From the NCBI GenBank assembly GCA_963699155.1, contig OY969414.1:1029327-1093326 (forward strand): 64,000 bases of DNA, given 5' to 3'. Position 1 is the first letter of the stretch. Every line of letters starts with the position of its first letter. A program made the position numbers and the translations under genes. This stretch comes from an uncultured Chlamydiales bacterium. GTDB taxonomy: Bacteria > Chlamydiota > Chlamydiia > Chlamydiales > JAAKFR01. The notes under the pieces are model-generated. The model had not been told where the DNA came from, made no database searches, and saw only the letters and a program-made list of their open reading frames with translations. Shown in pieces: positions 45,839-54,596 of this stretch.

Positions 45839-47193
45839 AGCTGCCTCAACGTCTTCTCGAGAATTTCGGCCACCTGATCGATATCATCAGGCGTGACTCC
45901 ACCTGCGGGAATCAGAAAGCGGAGCCGGGTGGGATGAGAGCCGGCAGTAAAGGTGATGACTCCCGCCTCAAAAAGGGCTTTGGCAAAGTGGACCACCCTA
46001 TCTTTATCCCCTTTGAAAGGGGTGCAGGCGATCATCAAGCCGTGGCCAAATGGTCCTTCCAATTTATCGGGGTAGCTGTTTGATAGCTGCTGGAGATGGT
46101 CGACAAACTGTTTTCTCAATGTCATATTCTTCCCCTTTATCCCTAAATAGCCATCGTCGACAAGACTTTTGAGGAGCGCCTGACTGACATGGATGGAGGC
46201 AGTGGAAGAGATAAAGGTTTGTGAGATGAGCCCTGGCTTCGGACGCATCTCTTTGTTGAAAAGAGTGGCGCATGCTTGTAGAAGTTTTCCACAAGTGACC
46301 ACATCGACATATTCTTCGATGCCGAAATGTTGGAAGGCGAAGAGGTGGTCTGTTCTTCCAAAAGTTTGCACCTCATCGACCAAGATAGCTATTCCCTGCT
46401 CCTTCAATATTTTGAGCAGGGCAACGAAAAATTCCTGCTTCCCAGGATAGGCACCCGCTTCACCCAAAATGAGCTCGAAACACATGCAGGCATACTCCCC
46501 AGGGTAGCGCTGGAGAAAATTTTCGAGTGTGCGGACAGCGCGATCAGTGCTCCCTTTGGGATCGCGCCAGTCATAAAAGGGGATATAATCGACATGCATC
46601 AACGGAGGAAGTCCTTGGCGGAAATCGGGCTTATCGGTGATCTGGGACAAGGCTAGCGTTCTTCCCATAAAACATTTTTCGAAAGCTAAGAGGCGGTGAG
46701 CGGGCGATTTTTTTTGAAAAACGAGCTTTAGGCCATTTTCATTTGCCATGGCACCCGACGTGGTGAGAATGCAGTGATCCATTCCTGAATAGCGTGTCAG
46801 CAGTTGGATGAAGTGATAAGCATCGCGATTTTGCTGTAGGTTACCCTGCATGGAGATATCTTGGATGCTCGCATCGAGGGAGGCCTCAGCCACAAGGGGG
46901 TGGCAATGTCCCCAGTGAGTTCCGATGCCACTAATAAAATCATACTTAACGCTGCCATCTGCGAGCTCGACGAGAGCACCATTTCCGATCCCGCTTCCCA
47001 AATAGGGGTAGAAGAGATTCTGCCCGCGGAGAATGGCTATCGTCTGGATCGCCTCTTCGTAGCTGACTTTCAGCTCTTGCTCTGGGGGGCGAATGGCGCG
47101 GATCGACTTGCGGTGTTTATCTAATGCCTCAAGGATCTCTCGCTTCCCTTTTTGAAAGGCGGGGTCATTATATAGCGCTTCAGCTGTGAGCAT
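45835..47193 (-). CDS. class-III (PLP) aminotransferase, candidate succinylornithine transaminase
   Basis: ILVDEVQTFGRT and a downstream TCGK PLP-lysine context. ATGA overlap with astA. Substrate assignment rests on operon context only. Confidence 0.75.
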   Translation of the reverse strand: MLTAEALYNDPAFQKGKREILEALDKHRKSIRAIRPPEQELKVSYEEAIQTIAILRGQNLFYPYLGSGIGNGALVELADGSVKYDFISGIGTHWGHCHPLVAEASLDASIQDISMQGNLQQNRDAYHFIQLLTRYSGMDHCILTTSGAMANENGLKLVFQKKSPAHRLLAFEKCFMGRTLALSQITDKPDFRQGLPPLMHVDYIPFYDWRDPKGSTDRAVRTLENFLQRYPGEYACMCFELILGEAGAYPGKQEFFVALLKILKEQGIAILVDEVQTFGRTDHLFAFQHFGIEEYVDVVTCGKLLQACATLFNKEMRPKPGLISQTFISSTASIHVSQALLKSLVDDGYLGIKGKNMTLRKQFVDHLQQLSNSYPDKLEGPFGHGLMIACTPFKGDKDRVVHFAKALFEAGVITFTAGSHPTRLRFLIPAGGVTPDDIDQVAEILEKTLRQL

Positions 47194-48340
47194 CTTTCTT
47201 CCCTATTTTAATTTTATCTAAAGCAATCTCTTTCAGAAAAAGGGTGGTGAGCTGAGCCCTTTCAGAGAGGCTGTTCACGTCGAGGTACTCATTTTCCGTA
47301 TGGATCTCTCCTCCAAGGGCACCTAAAGTGTCGATCGTAGGAACACCCTTTGAAGCAAAAGTGTTGCCATCACAGACTCCGCCTGTTGCTCTCCAACTGA
47401 TATCGAGGTCGATTTGAGCTCCGCATCGGCGCAACTCATGCAACAAGCTTTCGGTGGTGGGGTCGAGCGGTTTTGGTGGGTTCCACGTGAGATGCTCCAA
47501 TTCGAGACCTAATCTGCTGGTTAAAGAGGTGAGTCTCTCTCTGATCTCCACTAATTTTTGGAGAGTATCGGTGCGCACATTGAGGCCACATTCCGCATAA
47601 TCAGGGATGATATTGAAGGCTTCACCCCCCTTGACAATGCCAACGTTGACGATATCTCCTTGTGAGGGCTGATGCCATTGTTCACTCTCAACAATCAAAC
47701 GGGCGAGAGGATAGATCGCATGTTTTCCTTCGGCAAACCCTCGGCCCGCATGCGCTCTCTTCCCACGTGATCGAATCATGAAATTGGCAGAGCCTTTCCG
47801 TGAACTGACGAGGGCTCCATCAGGAAGCGCCGGCTCGAAAAGAAGTGCGAGATCGCATCGCTCAGCACACCCTTCTATAAAGGCTTTCGAATCAGGAGAG
47901 CCGACCTCCTCATCGGGGTTTAAAAAAATTTCCCAGCCTATCTTATCAGCACACGGAAGCTTTTCGAAGGCTTCCACTGCTTTCAACAAGATCACTAAAC
48001 CCCCTTTCATATCAGTGACGCCCGGGCCTCGCAGTCGATTTTTATCGATCCATGTTGTGGTTTGGAAAGGATCTTCTTCTGGAAAAACTGTATCGAGGTG
48101 GCCTCCCAAAAAGAGTTGAATGGGCGCCTTTTCTCTTTTTTTGAGGAAAAGACCGAAATTTTCACCGCATGGAACCCTTTGCATCAGGTCAGGTTGCAAA
48201 ATCTGGAATGCGGTTTCGATTTTTTTTGTCAGCTTTTCGAGCCCCGCATGATTCTTTGTGTGCGAATTAATCTGGGCCCACGCACTTACAAGGGTGCACA
48301 TTTCTTCCAATTCGGCGCTTGGCTTGCGATCTTTTTTCAT
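47180..48340 (-). CDS. M20-family metallohydrolase (CPG2/ArgE/DapE-like), candidate desuccinylase
   Basis: GGHLDTV, GPGVTDMKGG, NPDEEVGSP metal-ligand motifs. First gene of the M20-aminotransferase-astA operon. Confidence 0.8.
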   Translation of the reverse strand: MKKDRKPSAELEEMCTLVSAWAQINSHTKNHAGLEKLTKKIETAFQILQPDLMQRVPCGENFGLFLKKREKAPIQLFLGGHLDTVFPEEDPFQTTTWIDKNRLRGPGVTDMKGGLVILLKAVEAFEKLPCADKIGWEIFLNPDEEVGSPDSKAFIEGCAERCDLALLFEPALPDGALVSSRKGSANFMIRSRGKRAHAGRGFAEGKHAIYPLARLIVESEQWHQPSQGDIVNVGIVKGGEAFNIIPDYAECGLNVRTDTLQKLVEIRERLTSLTSRLGLELEHLTWNPPKPLDPTTESLLHELRRCGAQIDLDISWRATGGVCDGNTFASKGVPTIDTLGALGGEIHTENEYLDVNSLSERAQLTTLFLKEIALDKIKIGKKDAHS

Positions 48341-48435
48341 TATTTTTTAAACTATCCTAAACAGTGTTGTTTTGACAAATATTTTTCCTTGACCTATGAC
48401 TGGTTTTATATTGATCAGCCGGTCTGTAGTGTCGC

Positions 48436-48651
48436 ATGGAAAGGCGTGAGGGAGATAAAACGAAAAAGGGACGACGTGTGAAAAATAAGATTGTGAATTT
48501 GAGAGAAGATCATACTTGTTACATTTTAATTACTTGCGGTAAACCCTCGGCAGATGGAAAAATGGCTGTGGAAATGACCTATGAAGGCGATCCCACTCTA
48601 GCCTCTTATCTGCTGGAAACTGCGCGCATCGATCCAGAAGAAGAGACCTAA
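48436..48651 (+). CDS. hypothetical small protein (71 aa)
   Basis: ORF only; start uncertain. Confidence 0.35.
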   Translation: MERREGDKTKKGRRVKNKIVNLREDHTCYILITCGKPSADGKMAVEMTYEGDPTLASYLLETARIDPEEET

Positions 48652-48706
48652 TTCAGATAGGTCTATCAAGCAGAGCGAGATCACCTGAAGAAGAGTTTGG
48701 GATACC

Positions 48707-49795
48707 GTGAACTTAGCTGTTGCATCAGAAAAAAGATCCTCATCACTTTCAATAAGCGCCCTCCTCTTACGCATGCTTCCAAAGAAAGCAACGGCGCGTG
48801 CCCTTTTTTGGGGATCGCTTCCTAGCCTCTTCTTACTGTTTACTGTGGCCATTGCCTCTCTGAAATCCACTCTGGTCATTCCCTATTTTCCTTGGATCAT
48901 CTTGACAATGGGGATCCTCTCTCTCCGTTTTAAAACAGGCGGGATTGCCATCAGCTATACCCTCCTGGGAGCCCTCCTTTTGTGGCAGATCGCACAGACG
49001 GAGAGCTCCGAGCGGCTCTGGTTGATGGGACTCTTTTTTAATACGGCGCTCACTCTCTATATCGGCTTGCTTGCCAGCGAAGAAATTGAGGATTGCTTCC
49101 ATGAACTTCAGGAAATGAGCGAGAAGCAATCGGCCTCTCTTCTGAAAATGGAAGAGGCGATCCTTCAGGCCAAACAAGAGGGCGCCTCCCATGAAAGAGA
49201 GCTTGAAGAGGAGATCAAAAAACTTAAAGAAGAAGCGGAACAGCGGCGCATTGAGCGGGTCCGAGATCACAACCGATTCGAACTCATCCAGTCAGAAATC
49301 GATCTGCTGACCGCGCAGAAAGAGGAGTTTATAAAGGAAACTCGACAAGCGCGTGTAGACCAGCAAGCCGCTGAACAAAAAGCATCTGAGGCAGGCGAAA
49401 CGCTCCGACAAATGGCCATGCACTCCCAAGAAGAGATCATTCGTCTTCAGCAACGGGCGCCTGTTGTGATTGAAAAAGAGGTCGCCGTTTCTTCAGAGGA
49501 TCCCGCCAAGGTAATAGAGCTGGAAAAAGCAATCAAGCTAGCCGAGTCACACTATGCGCAGCTGCGCACGCAATTCCAAGAAAAAGGAGAGATCCTCTCC
49601 CAAACACGCGCAGAGATCTACCAATTGCAGGGGCAGTTGGAAGTTCTAGAGAAAGAGAACTCCTCACTCCTGCTTAACCCCGACCGTTCTGAGGCTGCTG
49701 CCCTTGAGCAAGAGGTCGATCGGCTGATCAGCAAGATAGTATCTCTCGAAGAGGAGATCGCCCAGTTAGAAGCGATTATCTCGGCCCTTACTTAG
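48707..49795 (+). CDS. membrane-anchored coiled-coil protein
   Basis: N-terminal region with about 4 hydrophobic segments, followed by about 230 aa of E/Q/K/L-rich coiled coil. GTG start listed; ATG at 48773 is an alternative. Confidence 0.6.
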   Translation: MNLAVASEKRSSSLSISALLLRMLPKKATARALFWGSLPSLFLLFTVAIASLKSTLVIPYFPWIILTMGILSLRFKTGGIAISYTLLGALLLWQIAQTESSERLWLMGLFFNTALTLYIGLLASEEIEDCFHELQEMSEKQSASLLKMEEAILQAKQEGASHERELEEEIKKLKEEAEQRRIERVRDHNRFELIQSEIDLLTAQKEEFIKETRQARVDQQAAEQKASEAGETLRQMAMHSQEEIIRLQQRAPVVIEKEVAVSSEDPAKVIELEKAIKLAESHYAQLRTQFQEKGEILSQTRAEIYQLQGQLEVLEKENSSLLLNPDRSEAAALEQEVDRLISKIVSLEEEIAQLEAIISALT

Positions 49796-50915
49796 TGGGT
49801 TCGGAGAACTTTAGTGCAAATTGCGAGATGAGCCTCTCAACATACTCTTTTTTTTCCTTTAGTGAAGCTTCCATTGGATCGATCTCTCTTTTAAATGTGG
49901 CTAATTGGCGCACGTAGGATTCGGGTGAGAAGGCGTCAGTTGGTTCCGATCGGATCGAATCTTCTTTCTCTTGGGGCCAGGTAGCAGCAACGATGCACGA
50001 AGGGCCAAACGGAATGGTTTGGAGAAAAAGGTTCTCTAGCCAGTTTTCTCCTAAGATAAGACCCTCGAACGTTTCCATGGCAGAGGAGGGTGTGACCAAC
50101 TTGGCTTCACCCCAGCATAGTGTCAGAGGTCTTTGCACTTTAGTGATCTCTTCCTTTTCCTGATATTCCGTGTAGTCGAGATGGAACTTCAGATCTACAA
50201 TATTTTTGACTCCACCGAGTTGTAAGGTCACTTCGATGGAGGAGGCACTGTGTGATATATAGGTCTGGAAATTGTTACTCTTGCTTTCATAGATGACAAA
50301 GGTGGGATGGGGCCTCAGTTTCCACCCTTCTTTGGCTTGGATTGTATAGGTCACGAGACTCCCTTTGGCTGTGGATGTACCTTGTGCATGATACTGAGGT
50401 GAAGAGACTCTTCTCTCGATGACTTTGACCTCTTTCTTGGCAAAAGTAACACTGCTAGTTCCAGGGCTTGCTGGGAAGTATCCCAACCAGGCTTTAAAGA
50501 GGGTGGTCACTGTTTGTGTGGAGGTCATTTTGCTCCATCCGTTACCCCAACGTACTGACAGTTCGGCTTCTTCATAGACATATTGGTAGATATCTTGGGC
50601 AAAAGGGGGCAGGGGAATATGAAACTCGAGGCGGGAAACTGTCTTAGAAATAGGGGGATATTCCCCACCTCTCACCTTTAAGGAAGGTTCAAAACCCTTA
50701 GTGGTACTCCAGGCAAATTTTCCTTCAAAAACAATACGTACCTTTTCTGCAGAGCGGGAAACAGCCAAAAATTTGGGCACTCCGGTGAGCTGCGGCGCAC
50801 TACCATAAGAAAGTGAACCTAGGAGTTTTTGAACCCGTTCGGGGATTTTCGATTTTCTCCTGTTCCCCTTGGTCTGTGCCAAAGGTGACATTGACAATAG
50901 AAAAGAATTCGCCAA
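49788..50915 (-). CDS. hypothetical protein (375 aa); possibly the frameshifted distal part of the IS-disrupted gene
   Basis: Long ORF. Its first 115 nt overlap, in another frame, the tail of the interrupted ORF ending at 50800. Confidence 0.5.
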   Translation of the reverse strand: MANSFLLSMSPLAQTKGNRRKSKIPERVQKLLGSLSYGSAPQLTGVPKFLAVSRSAEKVRIVFEGKFAWSTTKGFEPSLKVRGGEYPPISKTVSRLEFHIPLPPFAQDIYQYVYEEAELSVRWGNGWSKMTSTQTVTTLFKAWLGYFPASPGTSSVTFAKKEVKVIERRVSSPQYHAQGTSTAKGSLVTYTIQAKEGWKLRPHPTFVIYESKSNNFQTYISHSASSIEVTLQLGGVKNIVDLKFHLDYTEYQEKEEITKVQRPLTLCWGEAKLVTPSSAMETFEGLILGENWLENLFLQTIPFGPSCIVAATWPQEKEDSIRSEPTDAFSPESYVRQLATFKREIDPMEASLKEKKEYVERLISQFALKFSEPTK

Positions 50916-51222
50916 TGTTTTGATCTTGCTTCAGTTCTTGCCACTTCTTCACAAGTGAGTCGTGGAAAGCACTTTTCAGATTTTCTATCAGAAGCTTGAT
51001 GCTCCGAGCAGCTTTGTATCGCCACCATTTTTTTGGACACAAATTTGCTTAAATTTTTTTCTTTTCACACCCACAAATGGGCTCGTTTTTAACTTTCGTC
51101 CCATTTACACCTAAAGCCATACTAATCTCCCTATACATGTATATACACATGCACGCGCACGCGGGGGGGGGGCTTTCACCTCTTTTTCCATCATTTCCTC
51201 AAATGACAATCTCTGCTACTAT

Positions 51223-52235
51223 TCACTCGCCAGAATAAAGTAGCCGTGTTCTTCCTTTCGCGAGGGGGCACGGTGAAATTCCCACTTCGTTTTGCTGCCA
51301 GAATAAAGTAGCCGTGTTCTTCCTTTCGCTCAGTAAACCCGTTGTAATTTTTGATTCGAGTACGTTATTCCCTTCTTCATACTGTCTTCTAGCCTCTTTT
51401 GGAGAATGATACCTGAGTTTCTCCAGTAGCCAGTTTTCATTGTATGCTTCTATAAATCCCGATACTGCTCTTCGAAAATCTTCTATGCTGTGATACTGTC
51501 TTCCGTGTACAATCTGTTCCTTAAATGTCCTGTGAAACCTTTCTATTACTCCATTGGTTTCTGGTTCTTTCACAAATCCTTTACTTATGCTTATTCCCCA
51601 ATATTGTGCCTGTCGTATAAATCCTTCTGACATAAATTGTGAGCCGTGGTCTACACGAAGCTTTACTCCTCGTGCAACGCCTTGTCGGGTGCTCCCAAAC
51701 ACTTTTTCTACGGCTTGTGTGAGTGCTTCTATTGCGGCATAACGTCTCCTCTTTTTGTCACGTGCCAACCTAGACACTCTGCATTCCAGTGCTCAATTAC
51801 CCCGAAAAACCACACCCAACCATCTTCTAGGGTAAATACTTTTGCAGCATCTGTCCCCCACATAACATTTGGGGCATCGGTTGTGATCCTACCTTTATGT
51901 AACTTGTCTTTTCCTCGTTCAGATCGATAGGGGGAAAGAAGCTTGTGCTTTCTCATCGTATTCAAAACACGGTTTCTGCCCACTGTTAGATTCTTAATCC
52001 GCTTCAATCTGGCATGTATTTCCCGATGGCCTTCTCCCTGAAAATGGCTTTCCTGTATATCGGTGACAATAGCTTTCACAAGCTCTTCATCCGAAATTTT
52101 CGCCCGTCTTCCTCTTTTTGTTCCCTGTTCTCTTTTTCTTGAATAGTAAAGCGATGAGCGCGGACATTTCCAAGCAGCGCACACTCTTTTTATTCCATAT
52201 TTAAGATGTGTTGTGGGGGAGATTTTCTCACTCAT
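51223..52235 (-). pseudogene. IS transposase OrfB (DDE/rve integrase core) split by a -1 frameshift near an A5 run
   Basis: WGTDAAKV (D), VDHGSQF (D), ETNGVIERFHRTFK (E). The two listed ORFs (51729..52235 and 51223..51777) join as GWHVTKRGD|RYAAIEAL at GACAAAAAGAGGAGACG. Confidence 0.8.
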
Positions 52236-52555
52236 TTCTTGGATCTCCCCATACGAAAAGTTGGTGCTCTATTTGCCTTTATCGCGAGTAGCTCATTTTC
52301 CATAAGCAGTTCCCCAAGTCTCTTCTTGGCGTTGTCTAGTTCTTGCTCTAAAGGATCTTCCGCTCGCGCTTTCAGTCCTGATTCCATTCCTTGCAGCGCC
52401 TTATCATGCCATTCCTCTAAGATATAGACTTCTATGCCTAACTCTCGGCTCAATCCACTTATAGACTCTCCTTTAAAGATGCGAAGTACAACTTCTATTT
52501 TGCGAGATGCTGTCCAACGTTTGAATCGGCCATTTTGTTCCACGCTTTGTTCCAC
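52232..52555 (-). CDS. IS transposase OrfA (helix-turn-helix)
   Basis: 107 aa. RWTASRKIEVVLRIFKGESISGLSRELGI HTH followed by a leucine-zipper-like helix. ATGA overlap with orfB. Confidence 0.85.
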   Translation of the reverse strand: MEQSVEQNGRFKRWTASRKIEVVLRIFKGESISGLSRELGIEVYILEEWHDKALQGMESGLKARAEDPLEQELDNAKKRLGELLMENELLAIKANRAPTFRMGRSKK

Positions 52556-52804
52556 GATAAATCTCCTGTTTTTTCCGGTCTTTTATCGCAAATTCGTGTC
52601 CAATGTTCAAGGTGGCAGTATATGCTCCGAGCAGCTTCTATCTTCACATCCTTATGCTTTTGATCTTTAATGAGCGCATCAGCCTGCGTCCCCAATCTAT
52701 TTAAGGTCTCGCTGAGTGTGCTTTGTGCTGGATCACTGAGATAAGGGGATAGATAAGTGAAATTCAATGCACTACTTGGAATTGCTGCTGCGGCCATGTC
52801 AACC

Positions 52805-52912
52805 TCATTTTTTGGCGATTTCTGTTAATTGCGAGGTGAGGCTGGCTAACTTCTCTCGTCTTTTTCTAGCCTCACCCTCGTGATAATTGATCTCTTTCTG
52901 TAATTGAGCCAT
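52805..52912 (-). CDS. possible 35-aa micro-ORF
   Basis: GAGGAG Shine-Dalgarno directly upstream of the ATG. Encodes MAQLQKEINYHEGEARKRREKLASLTSQLTEIAKK. Its TGA sits 7 nt before the ATG of the next gene. Too short for the ORF track. Confidence 0.3.
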   Translation of the reverse strand: MAQLQKEINYHEGEARKRREKLASLTSQLTEIAKK

Positions 52913-52973
52913 GCTCCTCAGTTTTGGCTCAGGTGATTGGTCTAGCTTTGCTTCTGATTGTCTGATCGAGTAC

Positions 52974-53132
52974 TTATCCATTCAGATTTTCTATCAGCGG
53001 CTTGAGGCTCCGCGCGGCTTCAATTGTCTCATGCCTTACTTTTTTACCCCTAATGAGCCCATCCGCGTCGCTCCCTAATTTATTTAAGGTTTCTTGAGGC
53101 GTTGTCCCACTTGGAAGTGCTAATACTGCCAT
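52974..53132 (-). CDS. 52-aa protein paralogous to the N-terminus of the IS-disrupted gene
   Basis: My translation is MAVLALPSGTTPQETLNKLGSDADGLIRGKKVRHETIEAARSLKPLIENLNG. It is collinear at DNA level with 52797..52623 plus 51014..50985. Confidence 0.4.
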   Translation of the reverse strand: MAVLALPSGTTPQETLNKLGSDADGLIRGKKVRHETIEAARSLKPLIENLNG

Positions 53133-53194
53133 GTCAACCTCCTAAAAAAAAGAATGAACTTGTCAAATTATAAATTATTTATCAACATATTCCT

Positions 53195-54559
53195 ATGAAA
53201 CGTCTCCTTCTGACCCTCTCTGTTTTTTTAGCGATGACCGCCTCTGCTGCAGAAGAGGAAGTGAAAGGGGCGGGTAAAGAGGAAGCCAAGGAAAGTAAGG
53301 AGAAAGAAGGAGAAGAGGAGAAGAAAGAGGACAAAGAAGAAAAGAAAGAAGAGAAGGAAGAAAAAAAGGAGAAAAAAGAAGAAAAGAAGGAGGAAAAAGA
53401 GGAATTTCTTGTCGACTTCCGAACAAGAAAATGGACGGGAAGTTGGAGGGGACGCCGTGATTGGTTACGCGCTTATGGGATCGAAATTGAAGCGGAAGTA
53501 GTGTTTGATGATACATGGAACCTACACGGAGGAAAAAGGCGTACACCTTTTTATGGCGCTCCCGCTGTCACCTACTCTCTTTCCTCGCTGTTTGATTTCG
53601 ACAAAATGGGCTGGATCTGTGGAGGATCGTTTTTTTTCAAGTTCATGGGCCATCATGGCAAACAGCCCACGAAAGAGTATATTGGTGCTTTTGTGACTGT
53701 CAATGACCTAGAAGCGCCTCCGTACGATCAGATCTATGATTTTTGGTATAAACAAACCATTGGTGATGAGCTCTGGGTCCTAGTCGGCAAGAGCGATGCT
53801 TATGAGAATTTTACCCGAGCGGATCAAGCGGATCTCTTTCTCAATGATGCCTACACTGACATGCCGAGTATTTTCCATTTTCCAGCCTACCCCAACCCAG
53901 CGATGTCGCTGATTGGATCGGTCACCTCTTCCAATTTAACATTTACAATGGCAGTTTTTGATGGATCTGAAGCTCATGGTTTTTCCACGGGGAGAGCGGG
54001 AATTTTTGGCCATTTTTTTAACCATCTTTCCCACCATGCCTTTTTGATTGGTGAGGTGGATTGGCGCTGGGAAATCTGCAACTCCTGCTGGCCAGGACAT
54101 ATCGATGTGGGAGTTTGGCGACACACGGCAAGATTCGATAAATTTGCAGGGGGGCACAAACGCGGAGTCGATGGCTTTTATCTCGTCTTTGAACAATTTA
54201 GAGTGCTCGGCAAATATGGCATTCTCGACAAAAAAGTGGGCCTGCTTCTGGAATTTGGAGTCACAGATCCCACAGTCAGTCCAATCCATTATTCATGGAT
54301 TATTGCCGCGACGTTGCAAGGCATCTCAGCCTGGAGGCCCTACGATAGTCTCGGAATAGGGATGGAGCGCGTTGATTTTACAAGAGTCCATGAGGCTGAT
54401 TTTACAGAACCTTATGAAGCTTCGTTTGAAATTTTCTACACTTGGCAGCTGACCGGATGGGCATGGATAAAGCCTGACTTTCAATACATCGTTCATCCAG
54501 GAGGAATGGGTCTTCCAAATGCCTCTGTCATTTCGCTCCGCTGCGCCATAGAATTTTAA
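53195..54559 (+). CDS. OprB-family (carbohydrate-selective-type) outer-membrane porin with an N-terminal E/K-rich extension
   Basis: Signal peptide MKRLLLTLSVFLAMTASA, about 45 aa of EEKKE low complexity, and a C-terminal signature IKPDFQYIVHPGG...ISLRCAIEF resembling OprB (lqPdlQyvinPgg). Confidence 0.7.
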   Translation: MKRLLLTLSVFLAMTASAAEEEVKGAGKEEAKESKEKEGEEEKKEDKEEKKEEKEEKKEKKEEKKEEKEEFLVDFRTRKWTGSWRGRRDWLRAYGIEIEAEVVFDDTWNLHGGKRRTPFYGAPAVTYSLSSLFDFDKMGWICGGSFFFKFMGHHGKQPTKEYIGAFVTVNDLEAPPYDQIYDFWYKQTIGDELWVLVGKSDAYENFTRADQADLFLNDAYTDMPSIFHFPAYPNPAMSLIGSVTSSNLTFTMAVFDGSEAHGFSTGRAGIFGHFFNHLSHHAFLIGEVDWRWEICNSCWPGHIDVGVWRHTARFDKFAGGHKRGVDGFYLVFEQFRVLGKYGILDKKVGLLLEFGVTDPTVSPIHYSWIIAATLQGISAWRPYDSLGIGMERVDFTRVHEADFTEPYEASFEIFYTWQLTGWAWIKPDFQYIVHPGGMGLPNASVISLRCAIEF

Positions 54560-54596
54560 TTAATTGACATAATGCGAAAGAAATATTACAAGGCAT

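Larger units (their letters stand above)
51015..52622 (-). mobile_element. insertion sequence (1608 bp), two-ORF HTH + DDE(rve) transposase, IS3-family-like
   Basis: Imperfect ~34-bp terminal inverted repeats (TGTATCGCCACC...TTGGACACAAATTTGC versus the reverse complement of GCAAATTCGTGTCCAA...GGTGGCAGTAT). Flanked by a perfect 16-bp direct repeat ATGCTCCGAGCAGCTT (50999-51014 and 52623-52638). Confidence 0.8.
50800..52797 (-). pseudogene. gene interrupted by the insertion sequence
   Basis: 52797..52623 encodes MAAAAIPSS...KIEAARSI. The reading frame resumes at 51014 (KLLIENLKSAFHDSLVKKWQEL...) after the IS. An intact short paralogue at 52974..53132 is collinear across the insertion point. 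Confidence 0.6.

Noticed and set aside
51729-51777. The frameshift in IS orfB, considered as a programmed -1 recoding site.
   Set aside because: The site (ACA AAA AGA) is only a partial slippery heptamer. It sits inside the catalytic domain rather than at the orfA/orfB boundary, and I could discern no downstream stimulatory structure. An inactivating indel in an A-run is more parsimonious. It remains mentioned under the IS finding.
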